Shown here one piece after another: positions 17,130 through 23,889 of a stretch of DNA of 32,000 bases. The DNA is taken from positions 210,001 to 242,000 of the forward strand of contig OY969425.1 in assembly GCA_963699255.1 (NCBI GenBank). Direction: 5' to 3'. Source of the DNA: an uncultured bacterium. Lineage in GTDB: Bacteria > Margulisbacteria > WOR-1 > CAVSGV01. The first letter of the stretch is position 1. Each line of letters opens with the position of its first letter. A program made the position numbers and the translations under genes. The notes under the pieces were generated by a model, which did no database searches, had not been told where the DNA came from, and worked only from the letters and a program-made list of their open reading frames with translations.

Positions 17130-18803
17130 TTGAGAAAGTTCTTAGTTTGTTTGTCTATTATCGTTCTGGCGTCGTGCGGCGCGTTCGCTGATGTGACCGG
17201 TTCTATTACCGATCCGTCGGATATAGGCGTTGGTGCCCGGCCTCTTGCTCTCGGAAAGGCATATGTCGGACTATCTGACGATGCGAACGGGATCTTCCTG
17301 AACCCTGCGGGACTTGCCGGGATACAAAATGTAAAGCTCACAAGTATGAGCGGGCAGGTTTTGAATGATATCAGCTATGTTGTCATCGGCGGCGCCAATC
17401 CGACCAAGTACGGTGTTTTTGGCCTTGGGTATACGACCGTTAACCTTGCTGCCATCCCTGTTACGCAAACTACCGGAAGCGGCACGACGGAAACGGTCGT
17501 TAATGTCGGCTCAACCAATTATTACTCCTCGGTCCTGACGCTTTCTTACAGCAATGATCTTTCCAAGATCGATTTTCTCAAAGACTTTGATAATGTAACT
17601 TACGGTGTGAATCTGAAGTATTTCATGCAGGGATTTTCGGGCGGCGGATCCGCGCTGAGGGGAGCCAATGGCTCGGGGTTTGACATGGATCTGGGGACGC
17701 AATATAAACCTATGAAGGCATTGACCCTGGGGCTTTCTGCGTTAAACATCCTTCCCGCAAGCCTTGGCGGAAAATTCACCTGGGACAAGGACGGGGTGGA
17801 GGAGTCCATTCCCGCCGTGCTTAAAGCGGGATTTGCGGCCAAGCTTTTTGGGAAAGATTCATTTTACGGCGGGAAGCAGGATGTTTTCCTGGATACCGAT
17901 ATGGATGCATACCTGAACCAGGACAGGCAGTCTGTCTATCATACCGGTGTTGAATGGTGGCCGATATCCATTATGGCTTTGCGTGTCGGGCTCGACCAGC
18001 AGCCGAGAGGCGCTGAGGACAGTAACGGCGTTGATAATAATTTTACCGCCGGCCTGGGACTTAAGTTCAATGGATTTACCTTTGATTACTGCTACCATCA
18101 ATACAGCGATCTTACGGACAATACCACCAATTTCTTTTCCATCGGGTATGTGGGAGAAGATGAAAAGCCTAAACCCGCCCAGGTGCCAAAGCCCATAATT
18201 CCTGTTGTTATTCCCAGTGTGAGCCTTGAGACCTTTTCTGACGTGCCGGATGGCTTCTGGGCGAAGAGCCCCATTGAATTCATGGCGACGCTGGGGGTGA
18301 TGAGCGGTGAGAGTGACGGAAAGTTCAAACCTGATGATCCTGTGTCGAGGGCTGAATTTTCTTCCATGCTGGTCAAGTTAAAGGGGTATGAAGCGAACGA
18401 CGTGACGAGTGATCCATATCCTGATGTTACGAAAGATTACTGGGCGGCAAAATACATTAAAGCCGCATCATTCATGAATTTTATGAGCACTTATCCTGAC
18501 GGCACTTTCAAGCCGGAAAAGAACGTCACAAGGGTCGAAGGCGCGGTCATACTTTCAAGATTTACGGACGCGGTAGAGCCGGCGGTCCTGACAAAGGACC
18601 CGTTCATTGACGTGTCTCAAAAGCACTGGGCGGCGAAATCCATCGCGGCCTCTCAGAACTACGGGCTTCTTGACTATCTGATAGGGAAGAAATTCGAGCC
18701 CGACAAGGAGCTTACCCGCGCTGAAGTTGCGGAGCTGCTCTCCAAGACAAGCTACGGCAAGGAAAGGATCAGGGAGTTCCTTAAAAGCGGAACGTCATCT
18801 TGA
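17130..18803 (+). CDS. outer-membrane beta-barrel-like protein (PorV/UPF0164-like N-domain) with three C-terminal SLH domains
   Basis: The signal peptide MRKFLVCLSIIVLASCGAFA contains a possible lipobox LASC. The N-terminal ~320 aa have alternating beta-strand patterns and the motif GARPLALGKAYVGLSDDANGIFLNPAGLA. A Pro-rich linker KPKPAQVPKPIIPVVIP follows. Then come three SLH repeats (FSDVPDGFWAKSPIEFMATLGVMSG..., YPDVTKDYWAAKYIKAA..., FIDVSQKHWAAKSIAAS...). Confidence 0.8.
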   Translation: MRKFLVCLSIIVLASCGAFADVTGSITDPSDIGVGARPLALGKAYVGLSDDANGIFLNPAGLAGIQNVKLTSMSGQVLNDISYVVIGGANPTKYGVFGLGYTTVNLAAIPVTQTTGSGTTETVVNVGSTNYYSSVLTLSYSNDLSKIDFLKDFDNVTYGVNLKYFMQGFSGGGSALRGANGSGFDMDLGTQYKPMKALTLGLSALNILPASLGGKFTWDKDGVEESIPAVLKAGFAAKLFGKDSFYGGKQDVFLDTDMDAYLNQDRQSVYHTGVEWWPISIMALRVGLDQQPRGAEDSNGVDNNFTAGLGLKFNGFTFDYCYHQYSDLTDNTTNFFSIGYVGEDEKPKPAQVPKPIIPVVIPSVSLETFSDVPDGFWAKSPIEFMATLGVMSGESDGKFKPDDPVSRAEFSSMLVKLKGYEANDVTSDPYPDVTKDYWAAKYIKAASFMNFMSTYPDGTFKPEKNVTRVEGAVILSRFTDAVEPAVLTKDPFIDVSQKHWAAKSIAASQNYGLLDYLIGKKFEPDKELTRAEVAELLSKTSYGKERIREFLKSGTSS

Positions 18804-18810
18804 GGGGAAA

Positions 18811-18884
18811 TGCGCCCGAGAGGGATCGAACCTCCAACCTACTGATTCGTAGTCAGTTACTCTATCCAATTGAGCTACGGGCGC
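18811..18884 (-). tRNA. tRNA-Arg (anticodon ACG)
   Basis: Hand-folded cloverleaf: acceptor GCGCCCG/CGGGCGC, anticodon arm ACTGA-CTACGAA-TCAGT, T-loop TTCGATC. No encoded CCA. Confidence 0.9.
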
Positions 18885-18904
18885 GTGAACAAGCTGATTA
18901 ACTA

Positions 18905-18993
18905 CGGAGGGGGTGGGATTCGAACCCACGCTACGTCTTACGACGTACTAACAGTTTAGCAAACTGCCCCCTTGAGCCACTTGGGTACCCCTC
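18905..18993 (-). tRNA. tRNA-Ser (anticodon GCT)
   Basis: Acceptor GGAGGGG/CCCCTCC, anticodon loop TTGCTAA, long variable arm, T-loop TTCGAAT. No encoded CCA. Confidence 0.9.
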
Positions 18994-18998
18994 CAAGC

Positions 18999-19084
18999 TA
19001 AGTAATTAGTTCTTAGTAATTAGTAGTTAGTTAAAATAAACACAAAAATTCAAACTCAATACTCAAGACAAAAGACTAATTACT
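18999..19084. repeat. AT-rich hairpin element with perfect 11-bp termini AAGTAATTAGT...ACTAATTACTT beside tRNA-Ser(GCT)
   Basis: The termini at 18999-19009 and 19074-19084 are exact reverse complements. The internal word ACTCAAGACAAAAGACTAA (19060-19078) recurs at 22226-22244. Confidence 0.65.
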
Positions 19085-19149
19085 TCGCTTCATCTCACAA
19101 AAATTATGGCATAAAAGGAGGGTTATTGCAAAACAGATTTTGTGTTCAT

Positions 19150-19177
19150 TTGACGCGATGTACAAATAATGTATAAT
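19150..19177 (+). promoter_or_regulatory. sigma70-type promoter TTGACG-16-TATAAT, 13 nt before the nitroreductase ATG
   Basis: TTGACG at 19150-19155 and TATAAT at 19172-19177. The predicted leader is about 6 nt with no SD. Confidence 0.5.
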
Positions 19178-19190
19178 TCAACGCTCATAT

Positions 19191-19799
19191 ATGTCAAAGC
19201 AGAAAAATGATGTCCTGAAAACGATCGCCGAAAGGCACAGCACAAGACAGTTCAGCTCGGAACCCGTATCCGATGAACAGTTGAAACTTATATTGAACGC
19301 CGCCAACCAGGCGCCGTCAGCCCACAATCAGCAATCCTGGCGTTTCATCGTGATAAGCGGTGAAAAGAAAAAAGGGCTGGCGAGTCTCATCGCAGGCAGG
19401 GCTGACCAGTTTCCCAGGGCTTCAGCCGCGCTGCTGAGAATGGCTTCAAGGAGCATAACAAGCGCGCCTGTCGTTATTGCGGTCTCCAATACGGGCGAAC
19501 TGATCCGCCACGGGACTCAGCTTTTCCAGATAGACAGCAAACTGTCCAATGATTTTTTCCGGACAATGGAGATCCAGAGTTCTTCGGCCGCGGTGGAAAA
19601 CCTCTTGATAGCCGCAACCTCGCTCGGCCTGGCGTCCGTATGGCTTGGCATAATGTTCCTGATCAAGGATGAGATCCTGGGATATCTGAACGAACCAAAA
19701 GGGGAATTCATGGCCATAGTGGCCGTTGGGCATCCCGAGAGGCACGGAGTAAGCCCCCAAAAACGGCCGCTTGAAAAGATAGTACGGTTCGTTGAATAA
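19191..19799 (+). CDS. nitroreductase-family protein
   Basis: 202 aa with RHSTRQF and APSAHNQQSWRF motifs typical of the NADH oxidase/nitroreductase fold. Confidence 0.85.
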   Translation: MSKQKNDVLKTIAERHSTRQFSSEPVSDEQLKLILNAANQAPSAHNQQSWRFIVISGEKKKGLASLIAGRADQFPRASAALLRMASRSITSAPVVIAVSNTGELIRHGTQLFQIDSKLSNDFFRTMEIQSSSAAVENLLIAATSLGLASVWLGIMFLIKDEILGYLNEPKGEFMAIVAVGHPERHGVSPQKRPLEKIVRFVE

Positions 19800-19811
19800 C
19801 GCAAATACCGC

Positions 19812-19840
19812 TTGACATATCACACTACCTCCTGTATAAT
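19812..19840 (+). promoter_or_regulatory. perfect consensus sigma70 promoter TTGACA-17-TATAAT upstream of the RRM gene
   Basis: TTGACA at 19812-19817, a 17-nt spacer and TATAAT at 19835-19840. The predicted TSS is near 19847, giving a leader of about 146 nt. Confidence 0.65.
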
Positions 19841-19916
19841 CCCCCAATTAAGAGTCGAGGTTAATGATTTTGTACGTTAGGAATATTTTTAATTTTATAG
19901 AATAGCTTGTGTTTAT

Positions 19917-19950
19917 CCAAGACCCACTTCGTCTTGGATTTTTTGTTTTT
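19917..19950 (+). terminator. intrinsic terminator-like hairpin inside the RRM gene leader (attenuator or end of an sRNA)
   Basis: CCAAGAC-ccacttc-GTCTTGG (7-bp perfect stem, 19917-19937) is followed by ATTTTTTGTTTTT (19938-19950). Confidence 0.6.
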
Positions 19951-19992
19951 AAGAGTCATTAACGAAGAAAGTATGTGTGAGGTGAAAAGTAG

Positions 19993-20283
19993 ATGGCGAA
20001 GAGTTTATTCGTAGGCAACCTTCCCTGGTCAGCGACCGAAGACGAGCTCAAGACAAAGTTCGAAGAGCACGTAAAGGTCATTGCCGCAAGGATCGTAACC
20101 GACAAGTTCTCCGGCAGGTCCAAAGGTTTTGGATTTGTGGAGGTTGACGATGCCGACGCGGAAAAAGCTATTTCTGCAATGAACGGCCAAAAGCTCGGCG
20201 ATCGAGAGATCGTCGTCAATGAGGCCCGTCCAAAGACGGAAAGAAGCGACAGACCGCGCAGGGAATTCGGTTCAAGAATGTAA
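19993..20283 (+). CDS. RRM-type RNA-binding protein (RNP-1/RNP-2)
   Basis: 96 aa with RNP2 LFVGNL, RNP1 KGFGFVEV and an Arg-rich tail. The SD GAGGTGA lies 8 nt upstream. Confidence 0.9.
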   Translation: MAKSLFVGNLPWSATEDELKTKFEEHVKVIAARIVTDKFSGRSKGFGFVEVDDADAEKAISAMNGQKLGDREIVVNEARPKTERSDRPRREFGSRM

Positions 20284-20303
20284 TAGTTACTTTCGCAAAT
20301 TAA

Positions 20304-20340
20304 GGCCTGTTATATTAATTTATAACGGGCCTTTTTGTTT
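20304..20340 (+). terminator. intrinsic terminator after the RRM gene
   Basis: GGCCTGTTAT-attaattt-ATAACGGGCC forms a 10-bp stem with one G-U pair and is followed by TTTTTGTTT. Confidence 0.7.
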
Positions 20341-20348
20341 GAAAAAAA

Positions 20349-20376
20349 TTGAGATTTGAGACCAGAGATTAGAGAC
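20349..20376. repeat. four tandem heptamers TTGAGAT TTGAGAC CAGAGAT TAGAGAC over the -35 region of the maf promoter
   Basis: Read directly. The period is 7 nt and the consensus is NNGAGAY. Confidence 0.6.
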
Positions 20377-20388
20377 GTGAAAAGGAAA

Positions 20389-20397
20389 TGGTATAAT
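20389..20397 (+). promoter_or_regulatory. extended -10 TGgTATAAT, 7 nt before the maf ATG (leaderless geometry)
   Basis: aaaTGgTATAATatcaaatATG, with the ATG at 20405. No SD is present. Confidence 0.5.
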
Positions 20398-20404
20398 ATC
20401 AAAT

Positions 20405-20959
20405 ATGGAAGTCATACTTGCATCAGGTTCACCAAGGCGGGCAGAGCTGCTTAAAAAGATCATCAAGGATTTTAAAATCGTTGTAAGTGATTTTGATGAA
20501 TCACAGCTAGACCATTCCGATCCGGTTACTTTCGCCAAAAAAGCCTCATATGAAAAAGCAAGAGATGTGGCAAGCCGCAACTTCGACGCGCTGGTGATCG
20601 GGGCCGATACCGTCGTTGTGCATAAAGGCAGGATCTACGGAAAACCAAAGGACCTGAAGGAGGCAAAGACGATGCTGAAAACGCTTTCGGGGCGCACTCA
20701 TCAGGTGGTAACGGCGGTGACGCTGTTCAGGCAGGGAAGGTCTGTGACGGGTTATGCGGAAACCGAAGTGACTTTCAATCCCCTTAGCGAAAAGGACATA
20801 GATGATTACCTGAAGGACAAGCATGTGCTCGATAAGGCCGGTTCATACGCTATCCAGGAGATTGGGGATAAGTTCGTCAAAGAGATCAAGGGCGAGCGCG
20901 ATAACGTTGTGGGGCTTCCTGTCGCTCTGTTAAAGGAAATGCTCCGGCTCCTCCAATGA
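20405..20959 (+). CDS. maf: Maf-like nucleoside-triphosphate pyrophosphatase
   Basis: 184 aa with ILASGSPRRAELL, GADTVV, GKPKD and AGSYAIQ motifs. Confidence 0.9.
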   Translation: MEVILASGSPRRAELLKKIIKDFKIVVSDFDESQLDHSDPVTFAKKASYEKARDVASRNFDALVIGADTVVVHKGRIYGKPKDLKEAKTMLKTLSGRTHQVVTAVTLFRQGRSVTGYAETEVTFNPLSEKDIDDYLKDKHVLDKAGSYAIQEIGDKFVKEIKGERDNVVGLPVALLKEMLRLLQ

Positions 20960-21929
20960 TCTCAGGCGTCCTTTCCATGATCGCGATGAGCTGTTCTTTG
21001 GTCACGGCGTTGCCCATGATCCTTCTGATACGGTTGGTATAAGGGGATCCCTTTGCGTACCATTGCGCCACTTTTCTCATGTAGCCGATCTTGCTTTTTT
21101 CTCCCATGCTCCGGTACTTTTCAATATAGCCGATATGCTTCTTTGCGACCTCAAATCTTTCCTCTATCGTTCTTTCGGGCGGGAGCTTGCCTGACCTCAG
21201 ATATTCCTCGATATCATTGAATATCCACGGGTTGCCGTAGGCTCCTCTTGCTGCCATGACGCCGTCGCATCCGGTCGCATCCATCATTTGTTTTGCGAAC
21301 TCCGCGTTCAAAATATTGCCGGATCCGAATACGGGTATTTTCACGGCGTGTTTTACGGTCTTTATCGCTTCAAGGTCGATATCGCCGGAATAGCCCTGGT
21401 CCTGCGTGCGGCCGTGAATGAATATCGCGGAGGCTCCGCTGCCCTCGCATTTTTTAGCGACCTCTTTTATGTGCGGATGGTCTTTTTTATGATAGCCGGA
21501 CCGCAGCTTGACGGTGACGGGCAATCCAAGTTTTGACGACAGTAAATTCAATATTCTGTAAAGGTTCTCCGGCTCCTTCAAGAAGTATGCTCCTGCTTTC
21601 TTTTTTATTATTTTTGGCACGGGGCAGGCGGCGTTGACGTCCAGGAGCTTTACATCGAGCGTTTTAACGAGATGTTTTGCCGCTTCAAGCATCAGCTCGG
21701 GGTCAGAACCTACAAGTTGAGCCGCGATAGGTCTGTCATCCGGAATTGTCTTGATTATGTCGGTTCCTTTTTTATTGCCGTATATAATGGAGTTGCAGTC
21801 GATCATCTCGAAGAAAGCGAATTTTGCCCCGTGTTCGCGGCAGATAAGCCGGAAAGGAAGGTCTGTGACGCCGGCCATGGGTGACATGAAAACGTTCGCG
21901 TCTATTTTGTAGCTGCCTATAGTGACCAT
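20886..21929 (-). CDS. dusB: tRNA-dihydrouridine synthase (DusB-like)
   Basis: 347 aa counted from ATG 21929, with SPMAGVTDLPFRLICREHGA and an FMN TIM-barrel pattern (IFIHGRT, GSGNI). The ORF-track start at 21995 adds 22 non-conserved residues and ignores the promoter at 21937-21945. Confidence 0.88.
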   Translation of the reverse strand: MVTIGSYKIDANVFMSPMAGVTDLPFRLICREHGAKFAFFEMIDCNSIIYGNKKGTDIIKTIPDDRPIAAQLVGSDPELMLEAAKHLVKTLDVKLLDVNAACPVPKIIKKKAGAYFLKEPENLYRILNLLSSKLGLPVTVKLRSGYHKKDHPHIKEVAKKCEGSGASAIFIHGRTQDQGYSGDIDLEAIKTVKHAVKIPVFGSGNILNAEFAKQMMDATGCDGVMAARGAYGNPWIFNDIEEYLRSGKLPPERTIEERFEVAKKHIGYIEKYRSMGEKSKIGYMRKVAQWYAKGSPYTNRIRRIMGNAVTKEQLIAIMERTPEIIGGAGAFPLTERQEAPQRYRARP

Positions 21930-21936
21930 TGATTTT

Positions 21937-21945
21937 ATTATAGCA
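21937..21945 (-). promoter_or_regulatory. extended -10 TGcTATAAT, 7 nt before the dusB ATG (leaderless geometry)
   Basis: The minus strand reads aaaTGcTATAATaaaatcaATG. Confidence 0.5.
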
Positions 21946-22035
21946 TTTTGAATTTGGGATGCGAAGAGATGACGAGGTGAAGAGTTTAGAGGCAAAATTG
22001 AAAAAGGGTAGGGCGTATGAGATAATTCGGGCTAT

Positions 22036-22075
22036 CTGATAATCTGATATACTGATATTCTGATGGTCTGACATG
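22036..22075. repeat. five tandem octamers CTGATAAT CTGATATA CTGATATT CTGATGGT CTGACATG abutting tRNA-Ser(TGA)
   Basis: Read directly. The period is 8 nt and the array ends at the first tRNA nucleotide. Confidence 0.6.
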
Positions 22076-22161
22076 GAGAGGTGGCCGAGTGGTTTAAGGC
22101 GGTAGTCTTGAAAACTACTGTACTGGAAACAGTACCGGGGGTTCGAATCCCTCCCTCTCCG
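22075..22161 (+). tRNA. tRNA-Ser (anticodon TGA)
   Basis: Acceptor GGAGAGG/CCTCTCC, anticodon arm GTAGT-CTTGAAA-ACTAC, long variable arm, T-loop TTCGAAT. No encoded CCA. Confidence 0.9.
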
Positions 22162-22164
22162 GTT

Positions 22165-22247
22165 AAGTAATTAGTTTGAGTTTGAGTATAGAGTCTTGAG
22201 CAACGCAGAAATCAAAAACTCATTACTCAAGACTAAAGACTCAAACT
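22165..22247. repeat. AT-rich imperfect hairpin sharing words with the tRNA-Ser(GCT) flank
   Basis: It starts with AAGTAATTAGT (22165-22175, identical to 18999-19009). The arms 22173-22200 (agtttgagtttgagtatagagtcttgag) and 22219-22247 (ctcattactcaagactaaagactcaaact) are largely complementary. Confidence 0.65.
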
Positions 22248-22250
22248 ATA

Positions 22251-22256
22251 TATAAA
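22251..22256 (+). promoter_or_regulatory. -10-like TATAAA, 7 nt before the GTG of the flavin reductase gene
   Basis: TATAAAaataggcGTG. No SD is present. This is a weaker call because the surrounding sequence is AT-rich. Confidence 0.35.
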
Positions 22257-22263
22257 AATAGGC

Positions 22264-22821
22264 GTGATCTTTATGAAAGAGTTTCCGATCTCCAAAGTCT
22301 TCCATCTTATCGAGCCGGGGCCGGTCGTGCTTTTGACGACCGCCAAAAAAGAGCGCGCCAACGTCATGACGATGAGCTGGCACATGATGGTAGAATTCGA
22401 GCCTGCGCTGATAGCCTGTGTCGTGAGTCCCAATGATTACAGCTATGCTGCGCTGCTCTCCACAAAAGAATGCGTTATTTCCATCCCCGCAGTCGACCTT
22501 ATTTCCAAAGTTGTCGACATAGGCAACTGCTCGGGCAAAGACGCGGATAAATTCGATCGGTTCGGCCTTACTCCGCTTCCGGCCGAAAAAGTATCGGCAC
22601 CGCTGGTGAAGGAGTGTCTTGCCAATATTGAATGCAAAGTAGTGGATACGACAATGGTGCGCAAATACGCCATCTTCATATTGAGCGCGGTTAAGGCATG
22701 GGTGGACCCAAGCCGCAAGGAACGCAGGACGTTTCATGCCAATGGGGATGGGACATTTGTGGTAGATGGAAAGACAGTGAACCTTAAAAAGAAGATGACC
22801 AAGTTCCAATCCATGTTGTGA
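22264..22821 (+). CDS. flavin reductase-like (FMN-binding split-barrel) protein
   Basis: 185 aa. The pattern PGPVVLLTT...ANVMTMSWHMMVEFEPALIACVVSP...ECVISIP is typical of the flavin reductase domain family. ATG 22273 is an alternative start. Confidence 0.8.
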   Translation: MIFMKEFPISKVFHLIEPGPVVLLTTAKKERANVMTMSWHMMVEFEPALIACVVSPNDYSYAALLSTKECVISIPAVDLISKVVDIGNCSGKDADKFDRFGLTPLPAEKVSAPLVKECLANIECKVVDTTMVRKYAIFILSAVKAWVDPSRKERRTFHANGDGTFVVDGKTVNLKKKMTKFQSML

Positions 22822-22959
22822 TATGTCTAAAAGGGATCGAATAATATTCTATCTCTTTATCTGCTCCAAATGCCTTCAAAGTTTTTTCAGTATTGATTAA
22901 CACACTTCTTACTTCTTATTTCCATACCGGCTTCTTAACCGTCACCCAGCTTCTCTCTT

Positions 22960-22979
22960 CAACAGTAGCTGTTGTTTTT
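22960..22979 (+). terminator. short terminator-like hairpin CAACAG-tag-CTGTTG + TTTTT
   Basis: A 6-bp stem with a 3-nt loop and a T5 tract. It lies 140 nt past the flavin reductase stop and directly before the HNH promoter. Confidence 0.4.
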
Positions 22980-22992
22980 CAATGAAACGCTG

Positions 22993-23001
22993 TGGTATAA
23001 T
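22993..23001 (+). promoter_or_regulatory. extended -10 TGgTATAAT for the HNH gene (short SD-containing leader)
   Basis: ctgTGgTATAAT, then 21 nt containing AGGTGA 6 nt before ATG 23023. Confidence 0.5.
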
Positions 23002-23022
23002 TTCTTCTCAAGGTGAATTTTG

Positions 23023-23556
23023 ATGGAATCTGACCGGTCCCGGGAAGGTTTTGAATCCAAAGTCCTGGTTTTAAATTCGACTTTCTTGCCCATAAATATA
23101 TGCAGCTGGAAAAGAGCGATGATACTTGTTTTTAAGGGTAAGGCTGAAAGCATCGAGAACAGCAAAAAATATGTTAACAGCGGGAAATATGTGCTTCCGC
23201 TTGTTATAAAGCTCAGGGGCTATATCCCGCTCCCTTATAACGGGGTTGTGTTTACCAGGAAGAATATTTTTTTAAGGGATAATTACACTTGCCAGTATTG
23301 CAGGAAGAGCAATAATCTGACGATAGACCATGTTATCCCTACGTCGCGCGGCGGGGAGGATGTCTGGGAGAATGTGGTCACCTGTTGCGTAAGGTGCAAC
23401 AATAAAAAGGGCGACAGGCTTCTGGAGGAAGTTGACATGAAGCTTACGAACATCCCGTACAAGCCGCCTTCGGGTTTGTATTTGCAGGTTACTAGACAGA
23501 CGTCCGTTCCAAGCAGCTGGTTCTCTTATTTTTTCAAGAAATCGGCGAGTAATTAA
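23023..23556 (+). CDS. HNH endonuclease (COG1403-type, stand-alone)
   Basis: 177 aa with CQYC...DHVIPTSRGG...WENVVTCCVRCNNKKG (an H-N-H core with two CxxC pairs). Confidence 0.85.
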   Translation: MESDRSREGFESKVLVLNSTFLPINICSWKRAMILVFKGKAESIENSKKYVNSGKYVLPLVIKLRGYIPLPYNGVVFTRKNIFLRDNYTCQYCRKSNNLTIDHVIPTSRGGEDVWENVVTCCVRCNNKKGDRLLEEVDMKLTNIPYKPPSGLYLQVTRQTSVPSSWFSYFFKKSASN

Positions 23557-23596
23557 GAAAGATAGTCGATATTATCTTTAAACGAAGACAATTAAA

Positions 23597-23645
23597 TCGG
23601 GGAGCAGCCCCGACGAAGTCGGGACGTTGAGGGCGAAGCCCTCAA
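23597..23645. repeat. three consecutive GC-rich hairpins, two of them mutually exclusive
   Basis: H1 is TCGGGG-agcag-CCCCGA (23597-23613). H2 is CCCGAC-gaa-GTCGGG (23609-23623). H3 is TTGAGGGC-gaa-GCCCTCAA (23627-23645). H1 and H2 share 23609-23613. Confidence 0.65.
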
Positions 23646-23681
23646 AAGTGGAAACCAAGAAGCCCCCTTACTTTAGGACGG

Positions 23682-23757
23682 GGCGCGGTAGCTCAGTCGG
23701 TAGAGCAGCGGCCTGAAAAGCCGCGTGTCGCCGGTTCGATTCCGGCCTGCGCCACCA
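23682..23757 (+). tRNA. tRNA-Phe (anticodon GAA), CCA encoded
   Basis: Acceptor GGCGCGG/CTGCGCC, anticodon arm GCGGC-CTGAAAA-GCCGC, T-loop TTCGATT, 3' ACCA. Confidence 0.9.
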
Positions 23758-23775
23758 TTTTTCTTTCGGAAAAAT

Positions 23776-23863
23776 GGAATGACAAATGTCCAATGACAAA
23801 TGTCAAATGATTGATTTGATTTTTGAATTTAATTTGTCATTTGCAATTGGGGTTTTGTCATTT
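23776..23863. repeat. second copy of the AATGACAAA/TTTGTCATT hairpin element, between tRNA-Phe and tRNA-Lys
   Basis: ggaatgacaaatgtccaatgacaaatgtcaaatga...aatttgtcatttgcaattggggttttgtcattt. The left end resembles 5403-5434, and the right end GGGGTTTTGTCATTT (23849-23863) is identical to 15223-15237. Confidence 0.7.
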
Positions 23864-23889
23864 CGAGTCCCGCTATGGCGGGACAAGTT

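Noticed and set aside
19125-19169. 14-codon ORF (TTG start) behind a strong AAGGAGG at 19114-19120.
   Set aside because: It is too short, has a non-ATG start only 4 nt after the SD-like motif, and overlaps the nitroreductase promoter. There is no evidence that it is translated.
23023-23556. HNH endonuclease considered as a mobile homing endonuclease, restriction component or defence component.
   Set aside because: No partner methylase, intron, intein, integrase or terminal repeats surround it. This ~180-aa COG1403-type protein is a widespread stand-alone chromosomal gene. Proximity to tRNAs and repeats alone is not enough.
23597-23863. Repeated hairpins and words between the HNH gene and tRNA-Lys, considered as a small CRISPR array.
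   Set aside because: There is no constant-length direct repeat alternating with unique spacers. The units are inverted repeats of differing sequence, interrupted by a tRNA, and no cas genes are nearby.
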